Source: a virus
Reading direction: 5' to 3' (one strand)
IMG/VR virus record: IMGVR_UViG_3300020219_000012
Location: 1-64,000 of that record
Length of the DNA stretch: 64,000 nt
Made by a program: the position numbers and the translations under genes. Shown here piece after piece: positions 1 to 8,300 of this stretch; positions within the stretch are counted from its first letter, which is position 1; each line of letters opens with the position of its first letter. The notes under the pieces are model-generated. The model was not told the DNA's origin and ran no database searches. It saw only the letters and a program-made list of their open reading frames with translations.

Positions 1-899
1 TCGGTCGCGACCTAACCGAACATGCGCTGATGGAGAAGGAGGCGTTGGTGGCCGGACTGATCCGCGCAGGCCGAGCCCTTGGCGGGGCGCTGAAGGGGTG
101 GGGCGGCGCTGCCGCAAAGGCTACAGGTAGGGTCGCGAAGTCGACAGGTGGTGGCCTCGTCGAGGGGGTAAAGACGTTGACTGTCACGCCTGCCAAATTC
201 GTAGGCAGGACCCTTGCCAAGCCGTTCTCGCTTGAGAGTCGCATCGCCAGGGGGCAGAAGAATCTCGCCAAGACCGAGTCAATGATCGCCGGCCTCAAGG
301 CCAAGGGGGTTGGCAACGTCGGTCGAGACGGCGCCATCTCAAGCCTTGAGAAGGGCTTGGCCAAGGACACAGGTAAGCTAGAGAAGCTAAAAGGGCCGAT
401 GCCGTCCACATCGAGTGGGATTCAATCGAGGAACTCCCCGGATCCGAGTTCTGCGGCTTCGGCGTTGGCCGCCGCCCCTCGGACTACTCCCGGGCAGTTC
501 GCCCGATCCCCGGCTAGCAGGGCGGCTGATATGAAGGCCGGCAACGCCGATGCCGCTGGCGACGCGGCAAAGGCTGGCCACCGCCCCGCTGCTGCAGCCC
601 CCAAGGCCGAGGCAGAAAACCCGTCCGCGAACCTCACGACCGGCAAGCCGAAGAAGAAGAAGAAGAAGGGCGGTGGCCCTCCGGGCGCCGACCCGGCCGT
701 GCCAGCCGAAGGCCTCAACGTCAACAAGGGCAAGGGCGAGACCTTTATTAAATCCTGGGAGAAGTTTCGCGATGGTGGTTGGAAGTCGCTCTCGGGGCCC
801 GAGAAGCAGAAGCTCATTAACGCCGGAGCAGTGGCCGTAGTCGGTGGACGCGTGGTCACCGGTCAGGGCATGATCACCGGCGGTGACGGGATTATCTGA
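1..899 (+). CDS. Gly/Ala/Lys-rich putative internal virion protein (probably 5'-truncated by window edge)
   Basis: Frame is open upstream of ATG30 (..GRDLTEHALMEKEAL); EKEA site followed by amphipathic basic Gly/Ala-rich sequence and a KPKKKKKK run; stop 7 nt before portal ATG. Confidence 0.55.
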   Translation, partial: GRDLTEHALMEKEALVAGLIRAGRALGGALKGWGGAAAKATGRVAKSTGGGLVEGVKTLTVTPAKFVGRTLAKPFSLESRIARGQKNLAKTESMIAGLKAKGVGNVGRDGAISSLEKGLAKDTGKLEKLKGPMPSTSSGIQSRNSPDPSSAASALAAAPRTTPGQFARSPASRAADMKAGNADAAGDAAKAGHRPAAAAPKAEAENPSANLTTGKPKKKKKKGGGPPGADPAVPAEGLNVNKGKGETFIKSWEKFRDGGWKSLSGPEKQKLINAGAVAVVGGRVVTGQGMITGGDGII

Positions 900-906
900 G
901 TAGCTG

Positions 907-2883
907 ATGTCCGACGTCTCGCTAGGCCAGGGCGGCGCAGATCGGAGGCGGGGAACGGTTTATCCGTCCCCGTTCTTCGATATTGCGCAGACCTACATGC
1001 CACCGACAGTCAAGGAACTGTTCAGGTGGTGCGCCTACTTCTTCTACAAGGACCCGATGATCGGGTCGGTCGTCACCAAGATGGCCGAGTACCCGGTCAC
1101 CGACTTCGTCTACAACGCCGAGGAGAAGCACGTCCGCGACGGGTGGAAGGAGTTGATGGAGGACACCCTCAATCTCAAGCCCTTCCTCATCGAGATCGGG
1201 CTCGATTTTTTCTGCTACGGCAACGCCTTCATCTCCATCAACTTGCCGTTCGTGCGCTGGCTGCAGTGCACGGGCTGCTCGACGATGTTCCGCCTGTCGG
1301 ATCCATCGGTTGACTACAAGTTCCAGAACTACGGATTCAACATCAAGTGCGCGTCTTGCGGCACCAGCTGCACGGCCAAGATCGTCGACAAGCCACTTCG
1401 CGACCGCAGCGGTATCAACTTCGTCCGCTGGGATCCGAAGAACATCGACATCCACTACAACCCGATCACGGGGCGGTCGAAGTACCGCTACAAGATCCCC
1501 AACAAGATCCAGAAGGCCGTCCAGCAGGGCGACCGCAGCGTCCTGGTGGATATACCGGACATCTTCCTTCAGGCCCTAAAGCAGAAGCGCGACATCGCAC
1601 TCTCTGACCAGAACCTCTTCCACTTCAAGCGCCCGACGCTGGCCGAGGCGGACATGGGCTGGGGCAAGCCGCTCATCATTCACTCGATGGGCCGCATGTT
1701 CTATCTGTACGTCCTGCGCCGAGCCCAGGAAGCAATCGCCCTCCAGCGCATCATGCCGCTAGAGTTCATCTTCCCGCAGGCCAACGCCCAGCAGGATCCG
1801 TATCAGCACGTCAACCTGTCCAGCTGGCAGGGCACGGTGCAGAACGAAATCCGCAAGTGGCGGACTGACCCCAATTACATCTCGGTCGTCGCAGTGCCGC
1901 TCGGATTCGAGCGCCTCGGAGGGGACGGCCGAGCCCTTTTGCTAGGTCCCGAGATTGAGGTCACGAACAAGGAGATTACTGGCGGCATGGGCGTGCCGCT
2001 GGAGTTCGTGTTCGGTGGCCTGTCGTGGTCGGGGTCCAGCGTGTCGCTGCGCACCCTCGAGAACCACTTCCTCATGCACCGTCGCCTACTGCTCCGCTTC
2101 GTCAACTGGTCAAAGAACCGCATCCGCCTTTACCTCGGCCTCCCCGACATTGAGATCGGGTTCACCGAGTTCAAGATGGCGGACGATATCCAGCGCAAGC
2201 AGATCGTCATCCAGCTCAACGCCGCCAACAAGATCTCCGATCACACGATGCTCACCGAGCTCGGGTTCGACTACGACGACGAGCTCAAGATGATCGAGAA
2301 GGAAGCGGAGCAGCGTAACCGCATCCAGGCCGTCACCATGAAGGCCCAGACCGAGGCCCAGGGCGAGGCGTCCATCGTCCAGGCCAAGTACCAGGCCCGT
2401 GCCCAGGAGGCCATGAACGAGGCGTCAGGCGGGCAGTCCGGCGGTCAGCCCGCGCAGGGCGAGCAGGCGCAGGGACAAGCGCAGGGCGAGCAGCCTCAGT
2501 ACGCCGAGCAGGGGCAACAGCAAGCCCCGAACGCCGACCAGATGGGCGCCGATCAGCAGATGAGCGAGCAGGCAGCCCAGCAGGGCGCAGCCCAGCTTCC
2601 AGCCAACGTCGAGGGCGAGGCCGGGACCCAGTCTGGTGGGCAGGTTGTCCAGATGGACGCCTCCAGGGTCGCCAAGCAGTGGGCGAATCGCATCTCAAGG
2701 ATTCCGCCAGATCAGCGCGCATCCGTCCTGGCAGACCTGCGGCAGAAGATGCCGAATATGGCGCGCCTGGTTGAACAGATCCTGACCCAGATGCAGACCG
2801 GCGAGACCGCCGGTGAATCCGAGGAGCGCAACAAGCCATTGCCGCAGAGTGCCCCTCCGCGGCGTGAGGCGGGGACCATCTAA
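907..2883 (+). CDS. Phage portal protein
   Basis: 658 aa; portal-like features (LIEIGLDFFCYGNAF, LFHFKRP..GWGKPLI, EITGGMGVPLEFVFGG, SDHTMLTELGFDYDDE); CxxC..CxxC insertion; Gln-rich C-terminal linker. Confidence 0.8.
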   Translation: MSDVSLGQGGADRRRGTVYPSPFFDIAQTYMPPTVKELFRWCAYFFYKDPMIGSVVTKMAEYPVTDFVYNAEEKHVRDGWKELMEDTLNLKPFLIEIGLDFFCYGNAFISINLPFVRWLQCTGCSTMFRLSDPSVDYKFQNYGFNIKCASCGTSCTAKIVDKPLRDRSGINFVRWDPKNIDIHYNPITGRSKYRYKIPNKIQKAVQQGDRSVLVDIPDIFLQALKQKRDIALSDQNLFHFKRPTLAEADMGWGKPLIIHSMGRMFYLYVLRRAQEAIALQRIMPLEFIFPQANAQQDPYQHVNLSSWQGTVQNEIRKWRTDPNYISVVAVPLGFERLGGDGRALLLGPEIEVTNKEITGGMGVPLEFVFGGLSWSGSSVSLRTLENHFLMHRRLLLRFVNWSKNRIRLYLGLPDIEIGFTEFKMADDIQRKQIVIQLNAANKISDHTMLTELGFDYDDELKMIEKEAEQRNRIQAVTMKAQTEAQGEASIVQAKYQARAQEAMNEASGGQSGGQPAQGEQAQGQAQGEQPQYAEQGQQQAPNADQMGADQQMSEQAAQQGAAQLPANVEGEAGTQSGGQVVQMDASRVAKQWANRISRIPPDQRASVLADLRQKMPNMARLVEQILTQMQTGETAGESEERNKPLPQSAPPRREAGTI

Positions 2884-3233
2884 TGGCTGCCAAGGCAAGT
2901 GAAGTTAAGGTCTCAATCGGCGGCAAGAACCTCGGCGAGTTCGTCGTCGGTCGCTACAACATGTTCGACGACGAGGACATGGACAAGTACGCGACGCTCC
3001 GGACCAACGCGAATGACGCATCCCGGGGTATCTATATTGAGCAAATCCGGGAATATACTCGCAAGAAGACGACTCGCGACGGCGATGGCGAAGAAGCCAT
3101 GGTGACGACGACCGAGGAAGTGTTCTTGGTGGTCCATTACTGGATCAAGAAACCGTTACTCGAAAAGGGAGACAGCGATGCGGATGTCAAAGAAGCACGG
3201 CGCGACTGGGTCAAAGAACGTTCTGTGGGCTAG
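2883..3233 (+). CDS. Hypothetical protein
   Basis: 116-aa ORF coupled (TAATG) to portal stop; phage-like codon usage. Confidence 0.65.
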   Translation: MAAKASEVKVSIGGKNLGEFVVGRYNMFDDEDMDKYATLRTNANDASRGIYIEQIREYTRKKTTRDGDGEEAMVTTTEEVFLVVHYWIKKPLLEKGDSDADVKEARRDWVKERSVG

Positions 3234-3717
3234 CCTGGTCGCGATCGCGATCGTCTGCCTCCCATCCCTGGCAGCTGCGGACACCGCCCTCGGTAACGCC
3301 TCGTCGGAGGTCCTGAACATCCTCATCCCGGTGTTCGTCGCCCTCGTTGGCGCGCTGGCCACCTGGCTGCTCAACAAGATCCAGAAGAAGGTCGGCATCG
3401 ACGTCGGCCAGAAGACCGCTGACGCCTGGTCGGAGCTCGCGCGCAAGGCCGCCATGCGCGGCGGCGAGTACGCTCGCAAGAAGATGAAGGACGTCACCGA
3501 CGGCAAGAAGCTGCCTGGACCGGAAGTCATGGAGGTCGCCGCGAACTGGGCGATCGAGATGGCCAAGCAGCAGAAGCTCCCTGACATGGCTCGCGAAAAG
3601 CTCGAGGGGCTCATCGAGGCCAACCTGTTCGAGATCCGCATGGACGAGGCCGCCACGGCAGCTGCCGTCTCGGTGACTTCCGCCATCCCCGAGACCGGTC
3701 CGAAGGCTAAGAAGTAG
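3178..3717 (+). CDS. Putative holin (LL-H-like)
   Basis: N-terminal hydrophobic segment, TM helix ILIPVFVALVGALATWLL, then a helical domain ending ..KLEGLIEAN resembling LL-H-family holins. Confidence 0.5.
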   Translation: MRMSKKHGATGSKNVLWASLVAIAIVCLPSLAAADTALGNASSEVLNILIPVFVALVGALATWLLNKIQKKVGIDVGQKTADAWSELARKAAMRGGEYARKKMKDVTDGKKLPGPEVMEVAANWAIEMAKQQKLPDMAREKLEGLIEANLFEIRMDEAATAAAVSVTSAIPETGPKAKK

Positions 3718-3721
3718 CGAG

Positions 3722-4153
3722 ATGGCCGACCAGGCGCCGTCCTCCTTCGACCCCGCATCCATCCTGGGCAAGCTCAAGGATGTGGTCACGGAGAAGAAGG
3801 AAGCCGAGACCGGCGGTGGCAAGTCATGGGTCAGCGCGCTGATCCTTATTGCCACAGCCTTGATCGGCATGGCGGTCTGGGCCTGGATCAGCTGGCGACG
3901 CAACCAGGAGCTTGCCAAGCTCCGCCACGAGAAGTTCGTGACGGAGCTGAAGGCGTCCCAGGATGTGATCGACCAGAAGGTCGCCGAGGGTACGGCCAAG
4001 ATTGAAGAATCCAAGAAGGCTGTCAAGGCGGCGGTGGAGAAGATTCGCGTCATCGACGCAGACATTCGGGCCGAGGAGGCAAGGTATGCGGCTGACTTGC
4101 GCGCTATCGATAGCATTCGTTCTTGGCGTGACGTCGATCCCAGCGTTCGCTGA
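3722..4153 (+). CDS. Membrane-anchored coiled-coil protein (i-spanin-like)
   Basis: Single TM (ALILIATALIGMAVWAWISW) plus long coiled coil; follows holin-like gene; overlaps next gene. Confidence 0.45.
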   Translation: MADQAPSSFDPASILGKLKDVVTEKKEAETGGGKSWVSALILIATALIGMAVWAWISWRRNQELAKLRHEKFVTELKASQDVIDQKVAEGTAKIEESKKAVKAAVEKIRVIDADIRAEEARYAADLRAIDSIRSWRDVDPSVR

Positions 4154-4550
4154 CGATCTGTACCAGCCGCAGGTCGTTCCCGCGTGCAAGGTATACAAGA
4201 CCACCGGCGGCGATGTTTGCGGCTACCTCAACATCGAAGACTGGAAGTCGGTCCTCAGGGCTGACGCCGAGCTCGTTCATGCCCGGGTCAGGCTAACGAA
4301 AGAAGTCGAGCGAGTCACCCTCCTGACCCTTCAGCTCGCTGAGCTAGAGGGGCAGGTAGCAATCCACGCGAGCAGTCAATCGATAGTGGTGCAGAGAAAC
4401 TCCGATCTGACCAAGCAGCTGGTTGACCTGGGCCTCAAGTATCAACAGGAACGCGCCAAGCCGAGCTTCGGTTCTCCACTGGCCTGGACCTTGGCCGGCG
4501 TCTCGACGTCACTGCTTGCCGGGTTTCTGATCTCAAGCCTCATCAACTAG
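4086..4550 (+). CDS. Secreted coiled-coil protein with C-terminal TM (spanin-partner candidate)
   Basis: GAGGAGG upstream of ATG4086; signal peptide MRLTCALSIAFVLGVTSIPAFA, coiled coil, C-terminal hydrophobic helix. Confidence 0.5.
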   Translation: MRLTCALSIAFVLGVTSIPAFADDLYQPQVVPACKVYKTTGGDVCGYLNIEDWKSVLRADAELVHARVRLTKEVERVTLLTLQLAELEGQVAIHASSQSIVVQRNSDLTKQLVDLGLKYQQERAKPSFGSPLAWTLAGVSTSLLAGFLISSLIN

Positions 4551-4984
4551 CCCTCATACTCCTCCAGGAACGAGGTCTGTCCAGACTTGGCTCGCTGGAA
4601 CTGCGGGCCGGGTCCCAGGCCGGCGCCGGTGGCGCAGTTCTGCTGCGCTGCTGGCATCGCCTGGACCACATTGGCCGCGCCGGTTACCAGCGCGGCAACC
4701 GGCAGCATTGGCAGGCCGTGGCTCTGCCACTTCTTCACGAAGTGGGAATAGATGAGACTCCCCGCGGCGATCATGAACGCCCACGCGCAAGCCGCCAGAA
4801 ATGTTCTAAGGCCGGTCGCGAACGCGCTTACTCCAGGAGAGGTCCCGGCATAGGCGCCCTTGTTGTTAAGGATGAAGCCATGGGCAGGAACCATCGTGGC
4901 CGCAGCGAGGCCGGCGGCGATTCTCCGGACCGGGCTGGAATCACTAGAGAGCGCTGACGTTTTTCTTTCAGAGAAAAAATACAT
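4547..4984 (-). CDS. Hypothetical membrane protein
   Basis: Start MYFFSERK; hydrophobic segment FLAACAWAFMIAAGSLIY; downstream of GCTGGCATAAG motif. Confidence 0.5.
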   Translation of the reverse strand: MYFFSERKTSALSSDSSPVRRIAAGLAAATMVPAHGFILNNKGAYAGTSPGVSAFATGLRTFLAACAWAFMIAAGSLIYSHFVKKWQSHGLPMLPVAALVTGAANVVQAMPAAQQNCATGAGLGPGPQFQRAKSGQTSFLEEYEG

Positions 4985-4994
4985 GTCTTTCTTT

Positions 4995-5192
4995 CTATTT
5001 CCGCCGCGGCGCCAGCGCCGTCCTGGCCGCGTTAAGGACAACGATCGTCATCGCCCACTGGGTCGCGAGCTTTGCCGCAGTCCAGCAGCTCGCCTCGACC
5101 AGGAGGAACAACACTGATTTTGACCTGGCAGGCGGAGGCGCCTCGCGGACAGACGGGACGGTGGAGGGTGGTGGTTGCGTGTAGAAGTACAT
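4995..5192 (-). CDS. Small hypothetical protein (65 aa)
   Basis: AGGAGG RBS 9 nt before ATG5192 (MYFYTQPPP...). Confidence 0.55.
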   Translation of the reverse strand: MYFYTQPPPSTVPSVREAPPPARSKSVLFLLVEASCWTAAKLATQWAMTIVVLNAARTALAPRRK

Positions 5193-5277
5193 GGTCGATT
5201 GCCTCCTGATTTGGCAGTATTTCCGAGATGCTGGGGCAATCCGGCAGTCGTTCCGGGTAAGCTGGGTCCTTAAAACC

Positions 5278-5288
5278 CTTATGCCAGC
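5278..5288 (-). promoter_or_regulatory. GCTGGCATAAG motif copy 1 (candidate phage promoter)
   Basis: Exact 11-mer, also at 13538, 54024, 54175, 61907; intergenic between divergent genes. Confidence 0.6.
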
Positions 5289-5304
5289 GGCGGTCAGGTG
5301 ACCC

Positions 5305-8300
5305 ATGAACCCCTTTGACCACGAGAGCCAGTTCGAGAAGATCAAGAAGGACGTTGTCGCGTCCTTTTCGAAGGCCCTGGATATCCAGGCAACCGGTACG
5401 GGGCGAAAGATTGTCGTCAAAAACGTTTGGGTCGACGACAACAAGGACTCGTCCGACTGGGAGTCTCAGCGCGAGGCGGTTCGCAAGGACAGGACTTGGG
5501 GTGTTCCCGTCTACGCCGCAATGGATCTGGTCGATCGTAAGACTGGTGCCGTGCTTTCGTCGGCAAATAAACTGAAGGTCGCAACTCTTCCCAAGACCAC
5601 AGACCTCGGCAGCTTCATCGTCGACGGAAAGCACTACCAGGTTCAGAACCAGCTTCGCCGCAAGCCCGGCGTCTACGTCACCGAGAAGAAGAACGGCGAG
5701 AAGAAGACCGAGATCAACATCGCGGGGCGACCCTTCGACATCAAGTACGACAACGAGAGCGGCGTCTTCAAGCTGATGCGTGGCGGCCTGGACTCGACTG
5801 GCGTTCCGCTCTACCCGCTCCTGTCCCGCATCGGCATCTCCGACTCGGCCATGGCCAAGGCGTGGGGCGCCGATGTCCTCGAGGCCAACAAGGCGATCAA
5901 GGAGAAGGACGCCACCAAGGCGGTCCTGAAGGCAGGCGAGTACTTCACTCGCAGTAAGCACGACTCGCCCGATGCGGCAGCTGTTGCCATCAGTAGCTTC
6001 TTTGACACCGACGCCGAGCTCAGGCCGGAGGTCACCAAGGCAACTCTTGGCAAGGAGTTCAGTCGAGTTGGCCCCGAGACGCTGCTTTACGGTTCAGCCG
6101 AGCTGCTAAAGCTCAACCGGGGACAGCGCGGCATCGACGACCGAGAGGCGCTGGAGTTCAAGAAGGCGCTTGGCACCTCCGACCTCATTGGCGAGCGGAT
6201 GATTCAGAGCACCGGCGAGCTCGCGCCCAAGCTGTCCGAGCTGCGCAAGAAGATTTTTTACCGCCTGAACAATCGCAAGGCGCCACCGACGGACATCTCC
6301 AAGCTGGTCAGCTCCAACGAGCTCAGCTCCATCTTCACCAGTTTCTTCACGCAGTCCGCCCTGGCCAACACGACCGACCAGACCAACCCGGTCAACATCT
6401 TGAACGGCATGTCCAAGATCACCATCCTGGGCGAGGGTGGCGTGCAGTCCGAGCGGGCCATCCGCGACGAGGAGCACTCGCTCCATCCGTCACACATGGG
6501 GTTCATCGATCCAATTCACACGCCCGACTCGAGCAAGATCGGCGTCGTGATGAACCTGCCACTCGGTGGCGGCAGGAAGGGCGACGACCTTCAGACTCAG
6601 ATCATCTCGATCAAGGACGGCGCAAGGCGCTGGGCGACACCGGCCGACGTGCGCGACATGGTCCTCGCTTTCCCGGACCAGTACCAGGACGGCAAGCTCA
6701 TCGGCAACAAGGTCAAAGCGATGGTTCACGGCGAGATGCAGATGGTCAGGGCCGACCAGGTCGACGCCGTCCTTGCCTCGTCGAAGCAGGCATTCTCCAT
6801 CGCATCCAACACCATCCCATTCCTTCAGTCGGCGCAGGGTGTGCGGGCCCAGATGGCGACGAAGATGATCGAACAGGCGCTCCCGCTCACCTACCGGGAG
6901 GTACCTCTGGTGCAGGTCAAGGTTGGCAAAGGGACTATCGAAAACACGATCGGCGAAGGGTTCTCGGTCCGGTCACTGAGCGATGGCGTTGTCGAAAAGG
7001 TCACGCCCAATCGCATTACCATCAGGACATCCGACGGCGTCGTCGAGCAGCCGATTTACAATAATCTCCCGCTCAACGGGAAGTCGTTCCTGCACGCTAC
7101 CGCGACCGTGAAAGCCGGCGATGAGATCAAGAAGGGTGGGGTCATCGCAGACTCCAACTTCACCAGCGGTGGAACGATGGCCCTGGGTACTAATCTGCGG
7201 GCGGCGTATATCCCGTACAAAGGCTACAACTTCGAAGACGGCATCGTCATCACCGAGGCTGCGGCCAAGAAGCTGTCCAGCGAGCACATGCATGAGCATG
7301 CGATCTCGGCCGACAAAGGCGACACGTTCTCCAAGGACGCCTTCATGGCCTGGCGCCCCGGGGCGCTCACCCCGGAGCAGCAGGAGATGCTGGACACCGA
7401 CGGTGTTGTCCGAAAGGGGCAGATCATCAAAAAGGGCGATCCGCTCTGGGTCGGGACCCGGGAGAACCGGTATGACCCCGACTACCTGGCGATGAAGAAG
7501 ATCGCACCGAACACGAACCCGCGCCGCGGTCACATGGAAGAGTGGACGGGCGACACCGACGGTGTGGTGGTCGACGTCATCAAGACCGGCAAGAAGGTCA
7601 AGGTCTACATCAAGACCGAGGAGCCGGCGCAGATCGGCGACAAGCTGACGAACAGGCACGGCGCCAAGGGCATCATCACGAAGATCATCGCCGACGGCGA
7701 AGCCCCGTATACACAGAACGCCGACGGCACTTCAGAGAAGGTCGACATCCTCCTCAACCCCCACGGCATCGTCACGCGCATCAACCCATCTCAGATCTTG
7801 GAGACGGCTGCTGCGAAGATTGCCACCAAGTCCGGCAAGCCGTACATCGTCGATAACTTCACTGGTGCCGACTACGCGCGGGACATGGCTGCGGAGCTGG
7901 CAAAGAACAAGATCTCCGACACGGAGACCCTGTACGACGCCCACAGCAAGGAGGCCCTCGGTGACGTGCTCGTCGGACCACAGTACGTGCTCAAGCTGTC
8001 CAAGCAGGCGACGTCGCAGTTCTCCGCCCGCAACGACGGCAAGTACGACATCAACCGAGCCCCGATGCGAGGTGGCGAGGACGGCGCCAAGGCGCTAGAC
8101 CTTCTGTCCTTCTACTCGATGCTGTCGCACGGCAGCCGCGCCAACCTGCGCGAGATGGCGACTTATAAGGGTTCCCAGAACGAGCACTTCTGGAACTGGC
8201 TCTCCGCTGGACACAAGAGCGGCCAGGTGGCACCGCCGCCGCAGCCAACCTTTGCGTACAGGAAGTTCGAGGCGTACCTCAACGGCGCCGGCGTAAACAC

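Noticed and set aside
645-668. KPKKKKKK as a nuclear localisation signal implying a eukaryotic virus
   Set aside because: SD sequences, bacterial SSB/DnaN/sigma-4 and coupled operons indicate a bacterial host; likely a DNA-binding basic patch
5278-5288. GCTGGCATAAG as a sigma54 promoter (TGGCA resembles the -24 box)
   Set aside because: None of the copies has TTGC at the -12 position (TTTT, ATCT, TTAC, TCTT, CAAT found), and conservation extends over ATAAG instead
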